From: Zootoca vivipara
Lineage: Eukaryota
DNA length: 64,000 nucleotides
Direction: 5' to 3'
Assembly: GCF_963506605.1 (NCBI RefSeq)
Contig: NC_083288.1
Coordinates: forward strand, 25,234,001-25,298,000
Each line of letters opens with the position of its first letter. Positions within the stretch are counted from its first letter, which is position 1. Below the pieces are notes generated by a model. The model had not been told where the DNA came from and made no database searches. It saw only the letters and a list, made by a program, of their open reading frames with translations. A program made the translations under genes and the position numbers. This document shows, in pieces, positions 24,825 through 36,056 of this stretch.

Positions 24825-26350
24825 GTAGGCACTAACCTTGTGATGGCATCTTGAACACAGAAACTGGATTACCTTTATTATTTTTAGTATTACTGCTGTA
24901 GTAGTCTTTGGTGCTACTGAGGCCTAGACACACGAGGGAATAACTTCCACTGAACCCGGTGGGCTTTAGCCTCTGTGTAGACATGCATAGTATTGTAATT
25001 GTGTTTTAAAATGATTATGTTTGGCTATCTTCCCTTGAAGTTGCTCAGAGCAATGTTTCATCTCAGAGCTGTTATGAGATTAAGGCTACAAACTGGAACA
25101 ACCCCACTTACCTGGAAGTGAAGCCCACTGAGTTCGGTGCTATTTGCATCCAAGTAGACATGGTTTGAATAGCACTGTAAATTAGGTTGAAAGAATGTAT
25201 CTTGTCTTTGGCTGATAGCAGAGCTTCACGACTGGGGATTTGAACCTACGCCTTGCGTATCGAAGCTTATCAAATGAATTCAAGGCATTTTGGGCAAAGG
25301 GAGAGGGCACAAAATATCTTGGGACAGTGGTCAGCTGTTTGGCGCAAGAAGCCGCTTGAGTAGTTTGTCTGTGCTTGTATTAGAGAACACAGTAAAACAC
25401 ACACTATTCTGTTGTTATGTCACACCCATTGGGCTGTCACTCGTAAATCTGTAGTGGCTATGCCCTCTGGGACAAAGTGACACAGCAATTGGGGGTGGCA
25501 CACCAACATTTACCAAGTTAGCAAACAGCGTGACCCTAGACATAAGGTATATGAAAGTATGGTTTATTGGTGAAACAACTACCAGTTTTGCTACTCTGAA
25601 GGTTAAGTACAGCCAGGCACATTTTTACAAGGCCTGACAAGCCTTTATTGAACATGTAACCGAAGAAACAATGGGTAGACCCTCATCTGAAGTATACAAA
25701 TGCCTCTGGAATGACATCCAATGACTAGTCTAGGAAATGCAATCCAGATATATCTGTTAATTCTCTGAAGACTTCTCTATGTTTCTTGTTACCTTCTTGT
25801 ATGTTTTGATACTGCTTGTAAAGACAATCAAGACAATCTATGGCAAGTTGCGCATTCTGTGTTTTTTCCTCTTAGTTGGTGCTTTGTTAATGTGTGTTGA
25901 TTGATTGTGACTTAGTCATATTTTTTCTTTTTAAAAGAATGGAACCGGAGACATTTCTGTGTTAATTCTCTTTCTAATATTGGACAAAGCCTTCGCATTC
26001 CTTTTAGCAATCGAAATATTTTCGCCTTTCTTTAGTTCAGGGATTCCCAAGCTGTGATTTGCAGACCACCAGTGGTCTGCTGGCTTCATTCAGCTGGACC
26101 ACGGCATGTCCACATTCACCTTGATTTTTAATTGTATTTTTATTTCTTCTTTTATTTCTCATACTGCATTTTTTTTTAAATTACAATTTGAATTCTGTGA
26201 TATGGTGATGAATACCCATGGGCATGTAGTTAAGTTGCTAAGAACTGATTTCTCTTTACACAATTCTCTGTAGTTTGTTCCCTGCTGGCTACCAATCGGG
26301 AACATTCGTCGACTCAATTACCTTCTTTATTTATATCTCTGCTACTCCAG

Positions 26351-26493
26351 ACAATGGATTCAGATCACTCGAAAACCCCAGAAGGGCTTCTGGGTGTCTT
26401 GGGACATATGCTGTCCGGGAAGAGCTTGGATCTGTTGTTGGCAGCTGCAGCAGCTACAGGGAAGCTGAAAGTCTTTGCCCGGAAATTTATCAA
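26351..26493 (+). CDS. MED24: MED24 exon: TMDSDHSKTPEGLLGVLGHMLSGKSLDLLLAAAAATGKLKVFARKFI
   Basis: CTCCAG acceptor, GTGAGT donor; 143 nt. Confidence 0.95.
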
Positions 26494-26784
26494 GTGAGTG
26501 GGTCTGGATATGATTGGCCACTGCCTCTTTTCAAGTTGGGGAGCTAGAGTCTGTCACTAAGGTCACAGAGCATGCAAGTGCTAAAACACGCACCCACAGC
26601 TTGGTTGAGCTTCTGCTGTTCTCTAGAGCCGGAGCACACACAACTGGCCAATTAAAAAAATAATAGTCTTTATTAATAGTAAAATAAAAATAGTAAAATA
26701 AAATAGTAAAAATAAACAATGGGGCATTAGCTCCGCCCAAGGCATGATGGGGAGCAGCAACAGCTGGGAAAAGATAGACATAAC

Positions 26785-27428
26785 TTACAGAACTGGAGAA
26801 ATCGAGAGATACATAGCCGCCCCGACACCTTACCTCTCCTTTCTCCTGTCAAAAAACACTAGAAGGGCTTTTACACTTGCCAGAAGCGCGGCATTGCCCA
26901 CGCCTGTGCTGGAGGGGCTTTACAAAAAAATCCCATACGCCCAAAGACTCTGCGTATGCCCATTGGGGGAAATAGGAAGCCCAGAGCACTTCCTCTTCAG
27001 ATGCCCCCTATATGAAGAAGCTCGAAGGGAGATCCTGGACCCCATACTGGTGAGCTTAGCAAGCCTCCCGGAAAAGCAATTATACAACCTGCTCTTGCTA
27101 GGCAAAGACCTGAAAACAACCAGGGCGGTCCCCAGATTCTGTGCCCAAATATGCAGACACAGACTTTCTTCCCAGCCCGTCTGATTTTTTCCTCAATGGC
27201 ACCCCGAGCGAGCTAGGCTCAGCTTTCCGCAGCCACTATTTTAAGGGTTAAACTTTTAGCACTGTTATATAATTAATAATTTTCTTTTAAATCTGTTCAA
27301 AGCAACTTTTATACGTTATGCTCCCGGAAACTGTTTTCAAAGGGATCCGTTTTATTTTTATTTTATTCTTATTTTATTTTACTTCTAAGAGCTGGTCCTC
27401 GACCGTAATAATAAATGAATGAATGAAT
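26785..27428 (+). mobile_element. 5'-truncated non-LTR retrotransposon (L2/Crack/RTEX-like; family uncertain)
   Basis: ORF end with zinc knuckle RLCVCPLGEIGSPEHFLFRCPLY; tail AATAAA(TGAA)n; TSD GATAGACATAAC at 26773-26784 and 27429-27440. Confidence 0.8.
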
Positions 27429-27878
27429 GATAGACATAACATTTTACAAGGACAGGAAGGAATACCACGGATAGAATAATTGTCACACGCAGGAGGAATA
27501 AGGAAATAGTTTGAACGCTTCACTTAAAGGTTTATAAATCATTTAATGTGTTAAGACGAATAAATGTCCTAATATTGCAGTTGTTGTATGATGGATTGTT
27601 ATTTTGAATGGAATGTAATTGAGATGAATAAGATGTTGGAACACAGAAACAAAGTAAATAATCAAACCATCTGTTCTAGCGCGTGGGAGGCCACACAGAT
27701 TTTATAATTTGACATTTGAATGATTGGGATTAGTAATTGTACTATGATTTGGCATTGTTATTATGAGGCTACCATTGGATTATTGTACAGTACTGTAATT
27801 GAAAACTAATAAAAATTATTGGGGGTCGTCGGGGAGGTAAAAATAAAGTGAAGTAAAATAGTAAAATAAAGTGAAGTA

Positions 27879-28108
27879 CAGTGGTAGCTCTAGTTACGAA
27901 CTTAATTAGTTCCGGAGGTTTGTTCTTAACCTGAAACTGTTCTTAACTAGAGGTGTGCTTTCGCTAATGGGGCCTCTTGCTGCCGCTGCGCCAGCGGCAC
28001 ATGATTTCTGTTCGCATCCTGGGGCAAAGTTCTCAACTCGAGGTCACCTTCGTTTGTAACACCTGAAGCGTTTGTAACCTGAGGTGTTTGTAACTCGAGG
28101 TACCACGG
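27879..28108 (-). mobile_element. Tigger/pogo-like MITE
   Basis: TA-flanked; reverse-complement relative of 18590-18815. Confidence 0.85.
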
Positions 28109-28180
28109 TAAAATAGTTAAAAAAAGTAGCAAAATAAAATAGAACAGAACAGATAAACAATATGCTCCAAGGCTATTGTC

Positions 28181-28501
28181 CAGGGGTCAGCAAACTTTTT
28201 TCAGCAGGGGGCCAGTCCACTGTCCCTCAGACCTTGTGGGGGGCCGGACTATATTTTGGAAAAAAAATGAACAAATTCCTATGCCCCACAAATAACCCAG
28301 CGATGCATTTTAAATAAAAGGACACATTCTACTTATGTGAAAACACCAGGCAGGCCCCACAAATAACCCAGAAATGCATTTTAAATAAAAGGACACATTC
28401 TACTCATGTAAAAACATGCTGATTCCCAGACTGTCTGCGGGCCAGATTTAGAAGGCGATTGGGCCTCATCCGGCCCCCCGGCCTTAGTTTGGGAACTCCT
28501 G
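28181..28501. mobile_element. hAT (Charlie-like) non-autonomous element
   Basis: TIRs CAGGGGTCAGCAAACT / AGTTTGGGAACTCCTG; 8-bp TSD CTATTGTC/CTATAGTC; internal ~65-bp direct repeat. Confidence 0.85.
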
Positions 28502-29738
28502 CTATAGTCTCACCCAGCCTTACACTTCCAGTTCTGAACTTGGGAGAATGAAATATTGTGCTGTTGTCATTCAAAAGGAGCTTGCAAGGCTGACGTGCAA
28601 CGGCTAATATGCAGTTGAGCACCCATTGGTTGAGTGTGTTGGAAGCTGTACCCCACCTCGCTTCCGTCTGCATAGGATTCAGGCTGTTTTGAGATCTGCA
28701 TCAGCACTTCCAGGCACAGTTCAGCGGGGGAACCATTGCACAAGGTGCCAGAGGTGTCTGAGTAAAGCGCCCCCAGCTGTTAACAACTTAAATATCACTA
28801 TCACGTACTAATCGCTCTTGATCTGGAGTTCGTTCTTCCCCTTCCTCCCCCTGCAGAAACAATGAGGCGGGTTCTTAGAATTCCCATTTCACATAGATGG
28901 GAAACCGAGGTGGTGGCCGAAGCCTCGGTGGGCATGGTAGGCTGAGCTATCCCACAGCAAGAGCAGCATGAACGGTGTCAAATCAGCAGTTCCCGTTTCT
29001 CTTCCCAGACATCTTGTGAAACACTACTCATGACATAACACCACTGCCTGTTGTGTTCCTCTGCCCTGGGAGTCAGGAAACTCGAAATACATGTTGACAT
29101 GGTGACTTAGATGTTCGGTTTGGGGCAGCCAATTACAGATCTGCTGCTTACAGTGACAGCCAGGCAGCTTCCCTAACGTTTAGCACTGGCCTTGAAGCCC
29201 ATAAACCAATCTATCCTAGCAGAACACAGGTAGTATATGTATTTTAGCTGAAAGTCTGTTTTGCTTTTCTAAATCCCTGCCAATGACAATAGATCAACTC
29301 CCTGTCTCCATTCCTCTTCTTTTATTCCACTGCCCATCCCCACCCCCAATTCCATGCAAGGGTGCTGCATTTTTTTCCTGAACCCATTTGGTTCTTAGCT
29401 GAAGGGGCTATTAGGTAGCCACTCACGAGGCTGTTAAACCTCCCACAAGCGGCTATTTTACAAGCACACTCTGGCCTTTCTGTACTTGAGCAAATCAAGC
29501 AAGATTGCAGGGTGCGGGTCTTCTCCCACCCGTTATTAGAAGCAAACAATTCTCCTGCAGGGTAAAGACAGATTTGTTTTTGATGTTGCTGCCAGGAGGG
29601 GGAACCGGGAGTGGGAGGTGGGGCTGGACTATCTTTCGAGCCATGTGATGGTATATTTCTGTCACAAGACTCCTGTCTGAATAAATCTACTCTACTCCTC
29701 CACGTATAAGCTGCAAGATTGCGAGCTCTAGCTCTGTG

Positions 29739-29925
29739 GTCTTCTTCTTCTTTGGCGATCACTCGTAGCCGAGTAAGATTGTCTTCCATAAACACGGTTT
29801 CAACAATGAGCCCGTAAGTGACGGTGGAGGCCAATTCTGAATCCGCACGTCCTTCCACAGTGGGGACATTGGTTTCCGGGCGGGAGTTGACCACGGTGTG
29901 GATTTGCCAAGCGTGCCTTCCTTTT
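29739..29925 (-). mobile_element. RTE-clade LINE 3' fragment
   Basis: Minus strand reads KRKARLANPHRGQLPPGNQCPHCGRTCGFRIGLHRHLRAHC* (C2H2-like RTE C-terminus), then a short UTR and (GAA)n tail. Confidence 0.75.
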
Positions 29926-30046
29926 AGAACATTTCTATAGCTGCTGTGGCCATAGGTACTCTACACAAGTGTGGAATATGATACTGAGTATGCTATTCAG
30001 CATCCTGTCTGAGGTTGAAAGCGAAAGGCTGTGGCATGCCAGAACG

Positions 30047-30347
30047 CAGGGCTTTCTTTCAGCCAGAACTCACCGGAACTGAGTGTGTCTGAGTTGGTGG
30101 GTTCTGTCACCCATGTGGCACGTTCCAGCAGCTCTGTAGCATTGCGGCACGGCGGTGTGCGGCAGAGGCTGCGAGCGGCACATCTGTGTGGCAGAGGGTT
30201 GGTGGCGTAAGGGCGAACTGGTGGTGGGGCGAGCGGGCGAAGAAGAGAAGCTTTTTAGGCAATCCCACCCCTAACAAAAGCTCAACAACTTGGGTGCTCC
30301 TCCTAAATAAGTTCCAGCACCTCTTTTTCTAGGGAAAAAAAGCCCTG
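30047..30347. mobile_element. hAT-type MITE
   Basis: TIRs CAGGGCTTTCTTTC / GAAAAAAAGCCCTG; TSD CCAGAACG/CCAGAATG. Confidence 0.75.
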
Positions 30348-30983
30348 CCAGAATGTAAAAATGTTTGCATTATGGGAACTTAGCTTGCTAGATGAGCCAC
30401 ATCTGGGTGGGAAAGGCCTGAATCTTTTCCAAAAGAGTAAAGGCAGAATAAGGCTGCACTCACACTGTATATTCTCAGAGCATATCTAAAGCAAGCCCTC
30501 CCCTCAAAAAAAGGGGGGGGACTGTAGCTTACCCACAGCAGAGCTACAATTCCCAGCACCCTTTACAAACACTAGTTGCCAGGATTCTTTGTGAGAAGAA
30601 ATGTGAATTAAATGTCTAGTGTGTGCACAGCCTAAGAGGAGAAGAACGGAGGCGGGGAATGGCCAGGAAGGTTTCACCTTGATTAGATTGGTGCAAAGAA
30701 GAAAGGATGGGGCAGCACCCAAATTCAAGTCCCACTTGAGATGTGCATTTAGTCTTGCCCAGTTGCTGTCTTTGTTCTTCTTATCATCTGTAGAATGGAA
30801 ATGATTGCGACCTACTTTTTAAGTTCGCGTTGTGTTTTGCACAGCAAGGCGACCAACATTTTAGAAAGCAAAAAAAAAAAAAATGTGGGGGCAGTTACGA
30901 TACTTGATTTGGTCCCTTACGGAATAAATGGCAGCCTTAGCTCATTTTTTCCCCATTTTCTGTTCCTTCACCTCTCATTTTAG

Positions 30984-31021
30984 GCTTAATGAACTTACCA
31001 AGCACATCAGTGGAGAAGGCT
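30984..31021 (+). CDS. MED24: MED24 exon: LNELTKHISGEG
   Basis: TTTTAG acceptor, GTAAGT donor; 38 nt, required to keep the frame. Confidence 0.9.
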
Positions 31022-31412
31022 GTAAGTCCCTGTTTTGCTTTATTTCTTTTTATTTTCAGTCTAATGTTACTGCAGCTCCTTCCTGAGGCTCTAGATTTTT
31101 CGCGGGTTAACTGAAGAGTCTGGAGGGGGTGGGGAAGAGTTGAAAGTGAGCCACGGTGCCTGGCAGCGTAGGCAGTGCCAGCACAGCATTCCTGTTGCAA
31201 CAAGGGGGGCATTCAAGTTATGACTGGGGTCTCTTTGTCTTTTGGGCTACCACGTGCACATCCTCCCGTTTCCCCACCACCCCTGAGAATAGTCACTTTG
31301 TGTTGCTTGGTGGGGGACCTCGGCCCTGGGAGGGGAAGGGTTAACTTGCAGCTGTGAGCTTGCCCTCCCTCTCCCCTCCCCTTCCTTTCCTCCCCACAGT
31401 CCTCAAGTCCTT

Positions 31413-31510
31413 TGGATGGAGTGATGTGTGAATCCCACTTACTCCAAGATAAGGATTCTGAATGTGTTTTTGCATGTGATTAAATGCACAAAAGACCCTC
31501 TGACCTTCCA
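31413..31510 (+). ncRNA. SNORD124: C/D-box snoRNA, probable SNORD124 orthologue
   Basis: Variant C box GTGATGT 31421-27, D' CTGA 31458-61, C'-like TGTGATT 31475-81, D CTGA 31500-03, terminal stem TGGATGG/CCTTCCA. CAAGATAAGGATTCTGA and CTGACCTTCC resemble human SNORD124 as recalled, which is hosted in a MED24 intron. Confidence 0.75.
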
Positions 31511-31747
31511 CTGGACTGACTGATGGGAAAGGGAGCTCTCTTTAGCCATTGGCAGTTTTTGTTTCCTCCTTGTCCATTTTTCAAGATGTTTGGAGTGCTT
31601 TGAAACTGTTAATCTTGGTCACACCCTCAAAAGGGTTTGATAAAAAGTGAGGAGCTGGAAAGAGGGGCCTGAGTCCGATTTTCATTAGGGGTGTCCACTG
31701 CTCTGTTCTTGCTGCTTTTTATGATTACTAGAAGGCCAATAAATAGA

Positions 31748-32089
31748 CAGAGCCTCTTGGGCTTGCCGATCAGAAGGTTGGCGGTTCGAATCCCTGCGAT
31801 GGGGTGAGTTCTTGTTGCTCTGTCCCAGCTCCTGCCAACCTAGCAGTTCGAAAGCACACCAGTGCAAGTAGATAAATAGGTACCGCTGTGGTGGGAAGGT
31901 AAACAGAGTTTCCATGTGCTCTGGTTTCCGTCCCGGTGTTCTGTTGTGGCAGAAGCATTTTAGTCATGCTGGCCACATGACCCGTAAAGCTGTGGACAAA
32001 CGCTGGCTCCCTCGGCCTGAAAGCGAGATGAGCACCGCAACCCCATAGTCGAATTTGACTGGACTTGACCATCCAGGGAATCCTTTTTA
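31748..32089 (+). mobile_element. Sauria SINE, near full length
   Basis: Head GGGCTTGCCGATCAGAAGGTTGGCGGTTCGAATCCC, body and BovB-related tail; TSD AATAAATAGA. Confidence 0.88.
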
Positions 32090-32588
32090 AATAAATAGAT
32101 AGGCACATGGGTTTTTTTTTGGGGTGGGGGTGTCATTTATATACACATGTTTGGAGGAAAGGCAGAGAAGAAAGATGCATGTACCAGAAGCTCAGTCAAC
32201 AGCACCATTTTCAAAAGATGTCTAAAAGAAAGCAGGGTCAAACCCTGCCGGACTTCTCTTGGCAAGGAGTTCCACAGGGCAGGGTCAGCTCAAGGTGCAG
32301 GCTAAAGGCGCAGTGAAGGCATATGGGATGAGGGACTGCCAGAAGTGCCACATCAGAGGCTGTCAGTGATCAGTGTGGGACGTAAGGACTCAGGAATGGA
32401 AAGAAACGAAAAAGCACAGAGCGAGAGAACTCCTCTTGTGTCGGTACAACGAACGAGAATGTAGTTGCAGAGCACTTCTTATGCATCAGATGTCGTTAAT
32501 GATCATAGTAAAGTACTGATATATCTCGTTGTTGTTGTTGTGGTGGTGGTGTGAACTTATCATTGTGGGTTTCCTCCCACTTCTCTAG

Positions 32589-32671
32589 CCAAAGCGGCGT
32601 CAGTCAGAGCGCTTCTCTTCGACATTTCCTTCCTCATGCTGTGCCATGTCGCCCAGACCTACGGCTCTGAG
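32589..32671 (+). CDS. MED24: MED24 exon: KAASVRALLFDISFLMLCHVAQTYGSE
   Basis: CTCTAG acceptor, GTAGGG donor; 83 nt. Confidence 0.95.
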
Positions 32672-33074
32672 GTAGGGTCTTCTCTACGCTGTACAATACA
32701 GGGGCAAGGGAGAGGTAATGGTGGAGGAAATGTTCTCTGCATAGGCACAGAGATGTAAGTAAAAGGGGGTACCTTCCGAGCTTTCCACTCTCTTCTCCCC
32801 TCCACCTGTGAGGAATATTTTTAATTTGCTTTGAGTTTTGTCGTAAGCCACCCTGAGAACTTGGCAACAGGGTGCCATGAAAATGCCATAAATAAACAAA
32901 TTGGGTGGCCAGAATCCTGACAGTGAGAGCTTATTCCAGGCACAGGAAACCAGGTCCTATGTTCATGCCCTGCATGAACACTAACCTGTCACTCACTAGG
33001 TGGTGCTGTTGCTGTGGTCGAGGGCTTCATGATGTCTCTACCCTGCTCAACCCCTTTGGCCGTCTCTCTTTCAG

Positions 33075-33253
33075 GTGATCCTTTCTGAAGCTGCTCCACC
33101 TGGGGAAGTGCCTTTCTTTGAGACCTGGATGCAGACCTGCATGCCAGAGGAAGGGAAGATCCTCAACCCTGATCACCCTTGCTTCCGGCCCGATTCCACC
33201 AAGGTGGAATCTCTAGTTGCTTTGCTCAACAATTCGTCAGAAATGAAGTTGGT
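33075..33253 (+). CDS. MED24: MED24 exon: VILSEAAPPGEVPFFETWMQTCMPEEGK...LVALLNNSSEMKLV
   Basis: TTTCAG acceptor, GTAAGT donor; 179 nt. Confidence 0.96.
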
Positions 33254-33726
33254 GTAAGTAGCTGTGCTAGAATAGATTTGCTGAGGAATTGTGTCCTAAA
33301 AATAGTGGGCCGAAGGTTCCCTTCTCTCCTGAGTGCCAGTTGCTTTCTTCATGCTGCAGGGCTGTTCGTTGTTTTCTCTGTCCATGCCGTAGAGTGGATT
33401 CCTAAATCTCTTGGCTTTCGATTTCTTAAAGCAGGTTTCTAGTCCTCATGGTTGAACACAAGGCAGGCAGTCTCAACAGAGCTCTCTGATAGTTAAGATG
33501 TGGATTTTCTGTGCATCCCTTGCTGCTCCTGCCTCCTTCCTTATCCTGTATACATGGTTTCACCAACATTTAAGTTTGCTGCTAACAAAACCTGCAAATG
33601 GTGCCTAATTCTGCTTCTGCTTACTGGGGGAGGGAGAGACTGGAGCTCAGCCCTCTGCCACTTAAAAATCTTTGCTCAACCCTTGCTTTTGAGCTTTTAG
33701 CAGGTATCATTAATACACTTTTAAGA

Positions 33727-34078
33727 AATAAAAAAATTCCTTCCAGCAGCACCTTAAAGACCAACTAAGTTTTTATTTTGGTATGAGCTTTCGTGTGCAT
33801 GCACACTTCTTCAGATACACTGAAATAGAAGTCCCCAGACGCTTAAATGTAGAGAAAGGGTGGGGGAGGGGTATCACTCAGAAGGGTGGTGGAAATGGGT
33901 GATTGACTGACTGATAGCTGTTGACGACTGTGAACGACTGCAAATGGTCTTGCATGAAAAAGCAAGGGGTGAGATCGCTTTATCATGTATAATGAGATAA
34001 GAATCCAACGTCTCTGTTCGAACCAGGTCTCTCCATGGTTTTAAGCTTGGTGATAAGTTGCAACTACCTGTAACTAGA
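33727..34078 (-). mobile_element. Penelope-like element 3' fragment (GIY-YIG C-terminus and terminal repeat)
   Basis: Minus strand 34063-33983 reads LQLITKLKTMERPGSNRDVGFLSHYT*, resembling the PLE GLN..D.GFLSHY end; TSD ACACTTTTAAGA at 33715-26 and 34079-90. Confidence 0.82.
33781..33818 (-). ncRNA. Minimal type I hammerhead ribozyme motif (PLE-borne)
   Basis: Minus strand GUAU-CUGAAGA-A-GUGUG(CAUG)CACAC-GAAA-GC-UC-AUAC: core boxes, stems I and II, and palindromic AGCU in place of stem III. Confidence 0.65.
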
Positions 34079-34205
34079 ACACTTTTAAGAGAAGAGGAGG
34101 TGGGTTTGGAATTGGGGGGGGGGATAATGGCTAATGATCTCCTATATTCCTGACCAGTTTTTCCCTTAATTCTTTCCCTCCCTGTATATCTTTGCATCTG
34201 AGCAG

Positions 34206-34305
34206 GCAGATGAAATGGCAAGAAGCGTGTCTGAGCATCTCTGCTGCTATCTTGGAGATCCTGAACGCCTGGGAGAACGGGGTTCTCACCTTTGATTCCG
34301 TCCAG
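34206..34305 (+). CDS. MED24: MED24 exon: QMKWQEACLSISAAILEILNAWENGVLTFDSVQ
   Basis: GAGCAG acceptor, GTAATG donor; 100 nt. Confidence 0.94.
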
Positions 34306-34754
34306 GTAATGACAAAGAGCAGGCGTTTCTAGCGAGCCTTGTACACAAAGGAGATGTGTTGCTATTCACCTTTTAAAAGCCCACCATCATTCAGAAGCAA
34401 AAATCCGAATCGGGAATGGTGCAAAAACATTGTGGGCAGTACCATGCAACAGGGAGGCTGCGTGTTTCTCCCTTTATAGAAAACCTCTCTGAAAAGAGAA
34501 AACTGTAACAACAAACTCACTACACAATCCTGATGATTTGGTGCTTTAGGCTTGTTCTTTCTCTTGCGTCGGTATGTATGGGATGCATAGAATTTGAGAG
34601 TTGGAAGTGATCTTAGAACTACTGCTGCAGTTGCAGTATGTTTGGTATTCAAACCATCCCTCAATGAATGAAAAGTAAAAAAAAATCTAGAGTCTCAACA
34701 GCTGCCTTTTTGCCTCACTTTCCCATCTCCTCCTCCTCCTCCTCCCTTCCCCAG

Positions 34755-34930
34755 AAAATCACAGACAACATCAAGGGGAAGGTGTGCAGCATGGCTGTGT
34801 GCGCTGTGGCCTGGCTCGTAGCTCACGTCCGTATGCTGGGCTTGGACGAGAGAGAGAAGTCATTGCAGATGATCCGGCAGTTGGCAACTCCCCTGTATGC
34901 TGAAAACACCCTGCAGTTCTACAGTGAGAG
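34755..34930 (+). CDS. MED24: MED24 exon: KITDNIKGKVCSMAVCAVAWLVAHVRMLG...ENTLQFYSER (GC donor)
   Basis: CCCCAG acceptor; AG|GCAAGT donor needed to keep the frame; 176 nt. Confidence 0.92.
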
Positions 34931-35185
34931 GCAAGTAAAAGTCTGGGTAGCAGAAAACAGGGTGTTAAGCTAAGGGTTAAAAATGTGGGGTAAAGGCTGC
35001 ATCTACAGGGCAGGATAACCTGCTTGTATTCTGCTTTGTGCCCCCGGTGTGTGTTCTGCTTTTTTGTATGATTTCCATGGTGATATCATGTGTCTCATAA
35101 GAAACACTGAATTAAGCATCCTGAAAGATCAGAGATAACTGGGAGGCGGCCCAGGCTTTTTGCTGCATGAAAAAAAAAAAGCTCT

Positions 35186-35322
35186 TTGGTTAAAGCATAG
35201 TGCTAACGCCAAGGTTGCAGGTTTGATCCCCGTATGGGACAGCTGCATATTCCTGCATTGCAGGGGGTTGGACTAGATGATCCTCAGGGTCCCTTCCGAC
35301 TCTACCATTCTGTGATTCTATG
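35186..35322 (+). mobile_element. tRNA-headed SINE with CR1-type tail
   Basis: TGGTTAAAGCAT...GCAGGTTTGATCCCC head; tail GGGGGTTGGACTAGATGA...ATTCTGTGATTCTATG resembles the CR1 end at 2130-2192. Confidence 0.7.
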
Positions 35323-35791
35323 GCTCCACAGGCAGTACGGGCAGTGAGCAGTTGATCAGCCACGTCAGGCTACTCTGGCTACCAGGCCACACTGTCGCTG
35401 TTCTTAAGGTGGCCATCCTGGGACAAAAACAACATCAGAGGGAACCTGCAATGTGAAACTGCTGAATTGTCACTCATTCATCTCAGTCTGAATGGAGACA
35501 ATGGTTTCCTGTCCCAGTGCGAGTGTTAAATTTACACAGCAGCGCTAAGATAATTCTGTTATTCCCCGATCACTGCTGCTGTGAAGGGTCATTTTGCAAA
35601 TATTAAGCTCTGGTCAAAGACTGCTTCAGCACATTTTGTAGGCTGTTGTCTCCTTAGAGCCTCAACCCGATGCCTTTAGTTGACGTTGCTTGGAATTTGG
35701 GGACATCAGCAACTTGGAGCTGCCGAAGAAGCCTTGATAAGGATGCAGGTTTAGGGTGGTCATACTTTACTCTTTTTTCTCTCCCCTCTAG

Positions 35792-36056
35792 AGTGGTGAT
35801 CATGAGTTCAATCCTTGAGCACATGTGTGCTGATGTCCTGCAGCAGACAGCTGCTAATATCAAGTTCTCAGCCACAGGAGTCGTCACTATGCCCTACTGG
35901 AACTTCCTTCCTGCCAAGAAGCCAATCAAAGAGGTGCTGATGGGTGTCTTCTCCAAGGTGCTGGAAAAAGGCTGGGTGGACAGTCGCTCCATCCACATCT
36001 TCGACACCCTTCTGCACATGGGTGGAGTCTACTGGTTCTGCAACAACCTTGTCAAG
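35792..36056 (+). CDS. MED24: MED24 exon: VVIMSSILEHMCADVLQQ...HMGGVYWFCNNLVK
   Basis: CTCTAG acceptor, GTACGG donor; 265 nt. Confidence 0.96.

Noticed and set aside
26205-26248. GTGATGA...CTGA about 100 nt before an acceptor, a possible second C/D snoRNA
   Set aside because: Only 44 nt from C to D, with no convincing terminal stem or internal boxes.
29322-29894. 190-aa minus-strand ORF
   Set aside because: Starts in an alternative frame of the RTE fragment and runs into intron; no recognisable domain.
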